Part shown: piece after piece, positions 15,544 to 23,830 of the stretch | How the letters are laid out: the number at the start of each line of letters is the position of its first letter | How positions within the stretch are numbered: the first letter of the stretch is position 1 | IMG/VR virus record: IMGVR_UViG_3300005323_000021 | From: a virus | Strand: one strand, 5' to 3' | DNA: 41,798 nucleotides | Program-made: the position numbers and the translations under genes | Notes under the pieces: generated by a model | Seen by the model: only the letters and a program-made list of their open reading frames with translations | What the model was told of the DNA's origin: nothing | Database searches by the model: none

Positions 15544-15660
15544 GTTCACTAGGTGAGTGCCAATATTACGATTGACATTCGACGTAGCATTATTCAGATT
15601 CCAATTGAAAGTGCCTGCATTCGCTGCATTATTCCAATTGCCGCCGAGTAGTGCCGCTCC
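15544..15660 (-). repeat. DGR template repeat (TR)
   Basis: This 117-bp non-coding segment aligns without gaps to 15714-15830 (offset 170). The sense strand is adenine-rich and translates as GGNWNNAANAGTFNWNLNNATSNVNRNIG (AAY codons). Confidence 0.85.
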
Positions 15661-15707
15661 TCCTCGCTTGAAACCCATTCTCATATTATTCACACCCCCA
15701 TAAAAAA

Positions 15708-17618
15708 TTAGCGGAAGACCAGGCGAGCGCCAATAGCACGAGGGACATGCGACGCAGCACCATACAGACCCCAATTGAAGGCACCGGCACCAACGCCACC
15801 ATACCAATAGCCGCCGAGCAGAGCCGAGCGATTGCCGGTTGTCTGGTAGTAGTAGTCACAGAGGTACTGGTTGTCTGCTCCACCAACGGTCAGCGGTAAG
15901 AATGCGTAGTCGATTGCCGATGAGAACGCGATTGACACTCCGTAATTATTGGTAGATGCGAGCGTGAATCCGGTGTCTACGTATGGATCTGTGAATACGT
16001 CGCTGGCGAAATCGTGATCTGCAACCCACGGGTTTCGGTCGGCTTTGATATTCAGCCCGTCAATCCATGACCAAATATTTCCGTAAAAGTTTTCGATCCC
16101 GAAGATGCTGAATGCTTTTGCTGCCTGCCCGGTTTTGTAATGCGTGACGAGCGGGCACTCTCCGGATACGTTACCGAGATCAACGCCATTGGTGCCCACA
16201 CCAGCAGTGAATCCCGTGTTGATGGCATTGTTGAACGTTGCTCCTGCGGTCGCGTCGGTGATATCCACCACGCCGCGATAGACTGCCTGCGAGTTGAGTG
16301 TCGCGTTCCGGATGATGAACAGCAACTGGACGGCACACGCACTATTGAAGTCCAAGAGGTTCCAGCCGGCGCCGCGATTCTGTGCGAGTTGCCGGAATGC
16401 TGCCAGTGTTGCACCGGCGTTATTCCAACCGCTTGCCGGCTTGACCCCGGCCACCGAGCAGAGCAGATCGCCCGTTGTCGCCGTGAAATCATAACCGTTT
16501 GCATCGTTGAGGACGTACCCCCCGGCGCCGGCGTTTGTTTTGGTGATCGTGGATGTCACTCCACACGCTGTTGGCATCAGGACCGTGGTTTTCAGCCCGT
16601 TGGATCCGGCAGTGTACGTGAGCGTGTCAGCCGCTGTTTTTGCTGGAGTCCATGTAGTCCCCTGATAACTGGTTTTTACACCGGCTGCAACGATTTTGTC
16701 AACGACACCCTCAACGGTGTCTGTATCGAGGATCGCAACGGTAAATACATAGTTGCCGTCAAGGGTAATAGTGAGGTTTCCGCTGCTGGTCGGTTCTGCC
16801 GTGATTTGAATAGTGTTCACGCACGCGGCGGCGGGGGCGGTGACATCATAGACCGAACCCTCAAAGGCAGACACATAGATAAAATCTTTCTCGACTGAAT
16901 CAACAATGAAGGCAGGGTGTACCTTGAATCCTGGCAGGAGAACCGCTGAGATTACGTACCGGTACTTGTTTGTGAGGGCATACACGCGGTAATAAAATTT
17001 TGGGATCTGGACCATGACCTGTCCGTTTGATCCCGTATACGAGAAGGTTGCGTCACCGTAATACGCGTTCACAGCTCCGGCGTCTGATAGATTGCACCGC
17101 CGAATTGCTCCGAAGATTGGGTGCCGGGCGAAATCCGTTGAATATAGTGGCGTAGCGTTTCCAAACTGGTCGACATGTACCAGAGTGGGGCTTGTCGAGT
17201 TGGTGGTCCATTCAACTCCGATAGGTAGACCACCAGCAAGCGCCCCGTTGAGTGCAATGAAATTTTCCCGGATATTGTTGTAAATCCCGGTGGTAAACAT
17301 AACGGCAATACTTGTGCCCTCAACGTGAGATTTTGCCGCGCCGATCGACCCATCCGCATTCAGACCACGAATGGCCCCCGTAAGGTTTCCCGCCCCGGTG
17401 GAGGCAGACCTGCCCGTAATTCTAATCTCCTCTGCATACGTCTGAGTTGCATTATCGTACCCAATCCCTAGTCCGCTGGTTATCAAGTTGCCGTCATCAT
17501 CAGAAAACGCAGCCAGATCCAGCACCGGTATTGATGTTGCCGAGGCGTTTATACCGGGCGCTGCAATCGTAGTAGATATGCTGTTCTTTTTGAGCTTTCC
17601 AAGTTGTGAATATGCCAT
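15708..17618 (-). CDS. Tail fibre / receptor-binding protein, DGR target, with a C-terminal FGE/C-type-lectin-like variable domain
   Basis: 636 aa in the tail module. The C-terminus carries FYGNIWSWIDG ... LLGGYWYG ... IGARLVFR, typical of CLec-fold DGR variable proteins. The VR occupies the 3' end. Confidence 0.8.
   Translation of the reverse strand: MAYSQLGKLKKNSISTTIAAPGINASATSIPVLDLAAFSDDDGNLITSGLGIGYDNATQTYAEEIRITGRSASTGAGNLTGAIRGLNADGSIGAAKSHVEGTSIAVMFTTGIYNNIRENFIALNGALAGGLPIGVEWTTNSTSPTLVHVDQFGNATPLYSTDFARHPIFGAIRRCNLSDAGAVNAYYGDATFSYTGSNGQVMVQIPKFYYRVYALTNKYRYVISAVLLPGFKVHPAFIVDSVEKDFIYVSAFEGSVYDVTAPAAACVNTIQITAEPTSSGNLTITLDGNYVFTVAILDTDTVEGVVDKIVAAGVKTSYQGTTWTPAKTAADTLTYTAGSNGLKTTVLMPTACGVTSTITKTNAGAGGYVLNDANGYDFTATTGDLLCSVAGVKPASGWNNAGATLAAFRQLAQNRGAGWNLLDFNSACAVQLLFIIRNATLNSQAVYRGVVDITDATAGATFNNAINTGFTAGVGTNGVDLGNVSGECPLVTHYKTGQAAKAFSIFGIENFYGNIWSWIDGLNIKADRNPWVADHDFASDVFTDPYVDTGFTLASTNNYGVSIAFSSAIDYAFLPLTVGGADNQYLCDYYYQTTGNRSALLGGYWYGGVGAGAFNWGLYGAASHVPRAIGARLVFR
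15714..15830 (-). repeat. DGR variable repeat (VR), covering the last ~39 codons of the target gene
   Basis: Hand alignment to the TR gives 36 mismatches, 28 of them at TR sense-strand adenines; 28 of 35 TR adenines differ. VR peptide: GGYWYGGVGAGAFNWGLYGAASHVPRAIGARLVFR. Confidence 0.85.
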
Positions 17619-17621
17619 TTT

Positions 17622-18092
17622 TTATACGCTCCGATCTTTTTTGATTACGGTGATGGTGACGGACCTTCCAGCCTCATCATCCTCGTACGTGAGCAGGTTG
17701 GTGCCCCCGAAAATCAGCGGGAAATCGCCGGTGAAGTCTGCGAGGGCATTAACCCCATCGTTCAGAACGGTATAGTTTTCACCGTTGATCACGATGGTTT
17801 TCCCGGCTGCAAGGGTACCGGTAAATGAGAATGTCACTTCGTGATAGATCCTAATCTGTCCCGTTGCGTCGGTATCGGCGTCGCCATGGCCGGACAACAT
17901 CATACCCTGCTTAATGTGCCCGTACCCGTCAGTATCAGTGTCGCCATTGCCAGACAGGAGCATTCCTTGTCTGACGTGCCCGTACGCCGATAGATCTACA
18001 TCCGCATACCCTGCGAGTTCCTTGACCGGGAAAATGCCGCCGGCCCGGTCCATCACGCTCATACGATCCAGGGGATCACGATCCATTCGCAT
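17622..18092 (-). CDS. Tail-associated hypothetical protein (156 aa) with an internal 20-aa tandem repeat
   Basis: YGHVRQGMLLSGNGDTDTD / YGHIKQGMMLSGHGDADTD, corresponding to 60-nt repeats at 17880-17939 and 17940-17999. Confidence 0.6.
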   Translation of the reverse strand: MRMDRDPLDRMSVMDRAGGIFPVKELAGYADVDLSAYGHVRQGMLLSGNGDTDTDGYGHIKQGMMLSGHGDADTDATGQIRIYHEVTFSFTGTLAAGKTIVINGENYTVLNDGVNALADFTGDFPLIFGGTNLLTYEDDEAGRSVTITVIKKDRSV

Positions 18093-18100
18093 AATTTACC

Positions 18101-18538
18101 TCACGGAGACGCCACTGTCTGACTCATCCTACACCGGAGTTCCCCGATTGGGAACTGAACCGGATCGCCATTGAGTACATTGCGCGATGCTTGGAACGGT
18201 GCGAGATATAGCATGTTCCCGCTCGTTGCAGCGTCAAAGACTGCCCAATGCGTGATTACGCCCCAATCAGATCCGGCTGTCCCAAAATCAACAATAGTGG
18301 CGTTGGCAATCGATCCGAGCGGGGATACAAAGGTTGCAGATGCCCAATCGGTATCCGCCATCTTTTCCCGTGCATAATTGGTATCCGTTACCGTGGACAG
18401 TTCCGCGCCGGCTCCTAACGGATATCCGTCGTACAATGCGACGTAAACATCCGCCGGGATGGTGAAACTCGCTTTTCCCATTGCATGATCAAGCAATTTC
18501 TTGATCAGATATTCGCTTGCTCCTTCGTAATCCGTCAT
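18101..18538 (-). CDS. Tail/baseplate-associated hypothetical protein (145 aa)
   Basis: Directly follows Dit with an ATGA overlap. No firm family assignment. Confidence 0.55.
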   Translation of the reverse strand: MTDYEGASEYLIKKLLDHAMGKASFTIPADVYVALYDGYPLGAGAELSTVTDTNYAREKMADTDWASATFVSPLGSIANATIVDFGTAGSDWGVITHWAVFDAATSGNMLYLAPFQASRNVLNGDPVQFPIGELRCRMSQTVASP

Positions 18539-19110
18539 AATACCTCATACTGAATTGTTACGTCGAACCCGTCAATGGCGGATGCGCCGTTGTTCACGAT
18601 GCTGATCTTTGCCGGGGTCGATACGGTGCCCGATGATTCAACCTCAAAACTGGCCGGGGATGTGGTGATCTCTTCAGCCACATAATCCGCTGCTTCGTAG
18701 CCATACGGATCATCGGCGACCAGTTCTAGCGTAAACTCCGAGCACCCCACCCATGCCCGATCAAATGGCACGCCGCCGGAGTACCGGACAGTATACGTGA
18801 TAGTCGGGGCATCGTCGAATATTAACGCCAGCGCCCGGGGTTTCCCGTTAACGTCCACGAGCGCCCGGGCGAACGCCTTGATCAGCACGTCAAGGGCCGC
18901 CGAATCCGCACAGTCCCGGAAATCGCAGGGGAGCGAGAACCGGCGCTGTCCGACATCAGAGCCAAACCAGTACACCCCATCTCTCCCAGGGATCTCCGCT
19001 GTGCGATCCCGGGTTTCCGGGAGCATGGGAATGCTCGGGCCGTATCGCAATGTGATGCCATACGCAGAAGCAGCGACGCCATCCAAAACAAAGCCACCAT
19101 TATCGACCAT
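18535..19110 (-). CDS. Distal tail protein (Dit, siphovirus tail family)
   Basis: FVLDGVAASAYGITL...RDRTAEIPGRDGVYWFG is a typical Dit N-terminus. Position is immediately after the tape measure gene. Confidence 0.7.
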   Translation of the reverse strand: MVDNGGFVLDGVAASAYGITLRYGPSIPMLPETRDRTAEIPGRDGVYWFGSDVGQRRFSLPCDFRDCADSAALDVLIKAFARALVDVNGKPRALALIFDDAPTITYTVRYSGGVPFDRAWVGCSEFTLELVADDPYGYEAADYVAEEITTSPASFEVESSGTVSTPAKISIVNNGASAIDGFDVTIQYEVL

Positions 19111-21557
19111 TACGCTTTCCTCCTCATTTCACTTGTGATATACGTGCCGAGTTCCCTTGCGAGTTTCGGGATATCCGCATCTTCCCGGATAACGAACGTG
19201 TTGCCTGTGATGGTTACGCCCGTTCCGCCATTGCCGGACAACGGGGTTACGGTTGCGCCGGTTGGCAACGTCAGGATCTCCGGGCCGGATTCCCCCACCA
19301 TGACATTCCCGGGGCTGGTGATCTCCCCCCCGGATGCAAGGCGCGGGATAGACTGGATATCAAATCCCGAAGTGATGCCCCCGAGCGATGAGACGGAATT
19401 GAACCCATCGATCAGTGAATTGATACCGTCAATCACCGTATTGATAGGCCACTTGATCGCATCGGCAATACCGGATACAATCCTGCCAATAGCCTCCGCT
19501 GCCCACTCAAAAGGCTTAATCATATTGGTGCCGATCTGGTCGAAGTTGCCCGATACAAGCGCAATGATGCCCGCCCCAAGCGATGCCAGCGGTGACGCAA
19601 TGATCATCAAAACATCCTGTGCCCACTGCGGAGCGATGGCCCCAAACAGCGCACCGAGTTTTCCCATGAAGTCAAGGAATCCGGTTTTGAGTAGTACCCA
19701 AACCCCTGCAAGCCCGAGAGCGATACCGGCTGCGATGCCAGCGAACAGTGAACCTGATAGGACCGCTCCTGCCTCAGTAAGAATTGGGGTAAGCCATTTC
19801 CACGCGAGACCGAACGACTTAACAAGATCCGGGAGTTGTGCGAGTCCGACAACCAGCGGCCCGCCGATTGCCAGAGCGCCCGATAAATCAGATATCGGCT
19901 CGGCAGCCGTCCCGGCTTGAAGGGTAAGTTTTTCCATTGCGGAGGCGAGGCGATCCGTTGCGGAGATCGCCTTCTCATTGGCATCTGCATAGGCTTTCGC
20001 GGCGCCTGTTGAATCAGTGAGAATCTTCTGTTGTGCTGCCGCGAAATCCGCGTCCGAGATACCGAGCGACGTTACAACTTCTGTCTTACTGGGTGCCGGC
20101 TTCGCGGCCTCTTCCCTTAATTTGCGCAGTTCTTCCGTCTGTTCTGCTATTTGGGCATTGGTATCCTCAAACCGATCTGCATAGGATTCCTGCACACGGG
20201 CAACGGCTTCGGAGGTATCCAGCGTTGTTGCCAGTTCTTTGTTGTAATCTTCGGCGGCTTTAGTCGCCGATTCTTGCAGGTCTTCGCGCCGTTCTGCATA
20301 CTGCTTTTCGACCGCTGCAACCTCTTTTGTAGTGTCTTGGATCTCTGCCAGCCGCTCGTTGTACTCTTCGGTACTTTCAGCGGCATCGTCTGCAAGATCG
20401 GCCCGGCGCTCTGCATACCGCTCTTCCAGATCGGCAACCTTCTTTGCATTACCGGACCAATCCAGCGGATTAAGCCGGGCCTCGTATTCGAGATCCGCTT
20501 TTTCCTTTGCATAATCGGCTTCGAGATCGGCGAGGGCTTTGGCTTCCCGCTTCTGCTCTTTGGCCCTGGATTTATCAAGCGCCGCAACGTCTTCTGTGGT
20601 GTCCTTTGCCTCATTAAGAGCGTCTTGATAATCCTTTTCAAGATCTATGAGATCTTTCTTTGCATCAGCCAGCCGCTCGTTGTATGCCAGTTCCAGCCGT
20701 GCAACTTCTTTGGATGTGTCGCCGGCATCTTCAAGCGCCCGGGCGTAATCACGTTCCAGCCGGGCTAACGACTTCTTGGAATCCGCTAACCGACTCTCCG
20801 CTGATATGACATTCTTTGCTGCATCCTCTGATTTCGTCAGCGCCGAATTGTAATCCGATATCGCCGTGCGGAGTTTCCGCACTGCCACTGATGCCGGGAT
20901 ACCTGCGTTGGTCATTGCCAGTAACAGTGCTTCGGTATCTTCAAGGGAAAAACCAAGACCGTTTAACGTGGTTCCAAGTGAGCCGAGGACAGATGCCAGC
21001 TCCGAATAATCGATCAGGCTGTTGTTGACAAGGTATGCGATGCTGTCCATGTGATCGCCAACCTCAGTCAATGGGATGTCATAGGCATACATCGCTGGGA
21101 TCATCGAATCGGCAACTTCTGCCGCCGATGCCCCCACCGCATCGCCGAGAGTATCGAACTCTTTTGCAAGGGTCTGGATAGTTGCGGTACCAGTGACACC
21201 GGCCCGGCCTAACAGGCTGAATGTCGATACCACATCATCGAGCCGGAATCCCGCATCAGAAGTACTCAGCGCAAGATCCCGCATCTCTTCCGTAGTCGAT
21301 CCAATGGTGAGGGCCGTTACGCCTAATTTGGCGTTCATCTCGGCGGCATACTTGGTAGTGGTGGCAATCGTCAGCGCCGCGCCTTCCATCGCCAGACCGA
21401 TCGCTAAAGAGTACTGCTTGATGACCTGTTGGCCGCGGGAAAATGCCTTTTCGACTTTTGACAGTTCGATATCGGCTTGTCCGAGACCTTTGATCAGCCC
21501 GTCAATATCCGCCGTTATCGGGAATGAAAGACCTTTTGCAAACGCTTCAAGTCCCAT
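19110..21557 (-). CDS. Tail tape measure protein
   Basis: Largest tail gene (815 aa), following the chaperone pair. It has a central acidic coiled-coil repeat region, G/A/I/L-rich membrane-like segments, and an AGGAGGG Shine-Dalgarno sequence upstream. Confidence 0.85.
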   Translation of the reverse strand: MGLEAFAKGLSFPITADIDGLIKGLGQADIELSKVEKAFSRGQQVIKQYSLAIGLAMEGAALTIATTTKYAAEMNAKLGVTALTIGSTTEEMRDLALSTSDAGFRLDDVVSTFSLLGRAGVTGTATIQTLAKEFDTLGDAVGASAAEVADSMIPAMYAYDIPLTEVGDHMDSIAYLVNNSLIDYSELASVLGSLGTTLNGLGFSLEDTEALLLAMTNAGIPASVAVRKLRTAISDYNSALTKSEDAAKNVISAESRLADSKKSLARLERDYARALEDAGDTSKEVARLELAYNERLADAKKDLIDLEKDYQDALNEAKDTTEDVAALDKSRAKEQKREAKALADLEADYAKEKADLEYEARLNPLDWSGNAKKVADLEERYAERRADLADDAAESTEEYNERLAEIQDTTKEVAAVEKQYAERREDLQESATKAAEDYNKELATTLDTSEAVARVQESYADRFEDTNAQIAEQTEELRKLREEAAKPAPSKTEVVTSLGISDADFAAAQQKILTDSTGAAKAYADANEKAISATDRLASAMEKLTLQAGTAAEPISDLSGALAIGGPLVVGLAQLPDLVKSFGLAWKWLTPILTEAGAVLSGSLFAGIAAGIALGLAGVWVLLKTGFLDFMGKLGALFGAIAPQWAQDVLMIIASPLASLGAGIIALVSGNFDQIGTNMIKPFEWAAEAIGRIVSGIADAIKWPINTVIDGINSLIDGFNSVSSLGGITSGFDIQSIPRLASGGEITSPGNVMVGESGPEILTLPTGATVTPLSGNGGTGVTITGNTFVIREDADIPKLARELGTYITSEMRRKA

Positions 21558-21914
21558 CTACTTTTTCCCTCCTTTCGTCGTTGATCGCCACGCTGCCGCC
21601 ATGACGTTATAGATCCGTTGCGCCGTACCGAGCCGGTCCTGTTGTGGTTGTGCTGCCTGAGATGAGCCGGAATTGAGCGTCGGGAAGAAGTCGGACGCTT
21701 TGTAAGGCGTTGGTCGTTTCTTTGCGTTACGGTTGACATTGGCTATTACCGCCGCAATCGTTCCCGCTCTGAAGTTTTCCATTTTATCCTGCTCCTCTTT
21801 CCACTTGATCCGCTCCCTGATATACGGGACAAACTCGGCGGGGGTTGAATCCCAGAACTCAGCCGGGGTTAATCCGCCAATGCCGTATGCGAGCCGCTGG
21901 TGCTCGGTGAGCAT
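21558..21914 (-). CDS. Tail assembly chaperone, downstream (T-like) frame
   Basis: Overlaps the preceding ORF by 46 nt in the -1 frame. No Shine-Dalgarno sequence before its ATG. Canonical position between the major tail protein and the tape measure. Confidence 0.55.
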   Translation of the reverse strand: MLTEHQRLAYGIGGLTPAEFWDSTPAEFVPYIRERIKWKEEQDKMENFRAGTIAAVIANVNRNAKKRPTPYKASDFFPTLNSGSSQAAQPQQDRLGTAQRIYNVMAAAWRSTTKGGKK

Positions 21915-22291
21915 TTCTTCGATGGTTTGGTATCCGCCTTCGCTGTGGGCAGTACTGCCTGTTCCGGGTTTCCCGTATCAATCCCCCGGGATAAGGATTC
22001 AAGCCAGACCCCGGCCTTCAGGATCTTGTCGCCCTCGCGGATGAACGCCACGAACCCTTTTTCCGTGATGAACTGCTCGCAGATATCACCGGCCTGATTC
22101 AGCGTGACGGATTGCGATCCATACGCATTGATGCAGGACCAGATCAGCGCCCGATATGCGGGGAATGGCTGACTTTTCAGGTCTTCCAGCGTTGCGATCT
22201 TGTTGTACTCTGCAAATGCGTTGTAGCTGACTCGGAGGTTGTAGACCTTGCCCCCAACCTCAAAAACGTGATGGTTCCTGCCTTCGCTCAT
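21869..22291 (-). CDS. Tail assembly chaperone (G-like)
   Basis: 140-aa ORF between the major tail protein and tape measure genes. Confidence 0.6.
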   Translation of the reverse strand: MSEGRNHHVFEVGGKVYNLRVSYNAFAEYNKIATLEDLKSQPFPAYRALIWSCINAYGSQSVTLNQAGDICEQFITEKGFVAFIREGDKILKAGVWLESLSRGIDTGNPEQAVLPTAKADTKPSKKCSPSTSGSHTALAD

Positions 22292-22302
22292 CGGTCACCT
22301 GC

Positions 22303-23043
22303 TCACGGGTGGTTGGTCGGTCCGAAGTACACGCGGAGCCAGTAGATCCGGGGCGTCTTGTTCAGTTCGGTGACGGTGATTGACACCATAGTTACGGCAC
22401 CGGTGCCGGTGTTCAGGGGGATTGCTGCTGATGCCGCCCCGGATACGACAATCGTATCATTGACGCGGATCGTTCCGGTGGTTGCGGTTGGTGTGATGGT
22501 GATCGAGGTATCGTCAGCGTACGCTTCAACGGCGTATTCATAGACTGCCGCTGCCGCTGCCGGTACTGGGGTAAGTGCGTTGCTATCGTTGTCCAGCAGG
22601 GTGAAGAACGTGGTTGTCAGGCCGGCGCCGAGCGTTGTAATCGGGGCCATCTTGTTGTTGACCGTGGTTGCCAGTTCGATGTGTGCGATAGCGCCCTCAT
22701 GTACGAGTTTCGCTGACTGGATCTGACCGGACCACGGGAATGAGTGCCCGCCACTGTGGAAGTCCGGGGGGAACACCATTGACCAGGTGTGCATTTCACG
22801 GTCGTATATTTCAGCCAGAAGGTTGTTCTGCTGAGTGGAGCCGTTGTATTTCAGGTTGAACGTTGCGTTGTCGTGGTCGATCAGCCCGATCAGCTTGGTT
22901 TTGACCCCATCAACGTTGTTTTGCGCTGTGGTGTCGATCTCTTCGCCGTTCGCTCCGAGCGTTGGCGGATCGTAGATTTCTCCGAGTGCGATACCGTCCA
23001 TCAGGATGTTAGTCCCGAGGGTTGACTGTACTTCATCTGTCAT
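22303..23043 (-). CDS. Major tail protein with a C-terminal Ig/cadherin-like domain
   Basis: Lies between the tail-completion and chaperone genes. The C-terminal ~90 aa (YEYAVEAYADDTSITITPTATTGTIRVNDTIVVSGAASAAIPLNTGTGAVTMVSITVTE...YWLRV) has a beta-sandwich pattern. Confidence 0.65.
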   Translation of the reverse strand: MTDEVQSTLGTNILMDGIALGEIYDPPTLGANGEEIDTTAQNNVDGVKTKLIGLIDHDNATFNLKYNGSTQQNNLLAEIYDREMHTWSMVFPPDFHSGGHSFPWSGQIQSAKLVHEGAIAHIELATTVNNKMAPITTLGAGLTTTFFTLLDNDSNALTPVPAAAAAVYEYAVEAYADDTSITITPTATTGTIRVNDTIVVSGAASAAIPLNTGTGAVTMVSITVTELNKTPRIYWLRVYFGPTNHP

Positions 23044-23055
23044 GGTTTTCTCTCC

Positions 23056-23460
23056 TCATTTGTATGAATAATGAATTGTGAAATCCCGGTGATACGTGTA
23101 TAACGAGACATCCGAGTTTTCATCCGTCGCGGTGCCGGCATCCTCTACGGTGATAACGTAGACATAGGACGCCCCGGCAGTCATGGCGGTGTTCTGTTTG
23201 CGGTGCAGGCAATCGGCGATCAGCTCTGACAGGTTGTCAGCCGCTAAATCCGTCGATGCAAACGCCGAGCACTGGATCCGGGTATGCGCCCGACGCCCGG
23301 TGTTTGTGTCATCGTCCCGGACGCCCGGGATTTTGGATACAATGATCCACGATGAGCCTGAGATGGTGGTAGGTACCGATCCTTTCCGGTACACCCTAGT
23401 ACCCACAACCGCCGCGATTGCAGCATTGGCTTTCAGGGCCGCTACAAATGCCAGTGTCAC
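23056..23460 (-). CDS. Tail completion / tail terminator-like protein (134 aa)
   Basis: GTG 23460 sits just after the upstream stop. The track ORF's 5' extension overlaps the gp10-like gene. Assigned by position upstream of the major tail protein. Confidence 0.5.
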   Translation of the reverse strand: MTLAFVAALKANAAIAAVVGTRVYRKGSVPTTISGSSWIIVSKIPGVRDDDTNTGRRAHTRIQCSAFASTDLAADNLSELIADCLHRKQNTAMTAGASYVYVITVEDAGTATDENSDVSLYTYHRDFTIHYSYK

Positions 23461-23461
23461 G

Positions 23462-23830
23462 TCACGCAAGATGCAGCGCCTCCAGATACATCCGCTGATA
23501 CTTTGCGAAGTTTTGATCGAGAGGCGGACGGAAGTAAGGTCGTGGTGCTTGGTGGTAGATCCGGCCGAGTTTGTCTTTGTCCATGAATCCGTATTCCAGC
23601 CTGCGAGCATACGGGAGATCCGTGCCAACCAGCACCGTGTTCTCTGATACCGGTTCGACATGGATCGATCTTCTCAGGGTGCCGGTTTTGTAGGGCGTAA
23701 TAGCCTTCACATCGTTGGCATACTCCTGCCCGACGATCTTTAGGGCAGTCGATTTGTTCCGTTCGCCCTGCTTTGCGAGGTCTTTGAATGCCCGCTTCAG
23801 GTTCGACATGCCCCGGATCGTTTCGGCCAT
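23462..23830 (-). CDS. HK97 gp10-family head-tail joining protein
   Basis: KTGTLRRSIHVEP...VLVGTDLPYARRLEYG matches the gp10-family signature. Confidence 0.7.
   Translation of the reverse strand: MAETIRGMSNLKRAFKDLAKQGERNKSTALKIVGQEYANDVKAITPYKTGTLRRSIHVEPVSENTVLVGTDLPYARRLEYGFMDKDKLGRIYHQAPRPYFRPPLDQNFAKYQRMYLEALHLA

Larger units (their letters stand above)
14402..17618 (-). mobile_element. Diversity-generating retroelement cassette (target-VR, TR, RT)
   Basis: Order on the minus strand: target gene with VR, 53-bp gap, TR, 137-bp spacer (small hairpin 15498-15511 ttgccaagaggcaa), RT. Confidence 0.85.

Noticed and set aside
15403-15807. 134-aa minus-strand ORF spanning the TR and overlapping the end of the DGR target gene. 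Considered as a possible Avd or accessory gene.
   Set aside because: Its Asn-rich middle is simply the template repeat read in the VR frame. It overlaps both the RT start and the VR, and has no independent start context. It is an artefact of TR/VR homology.
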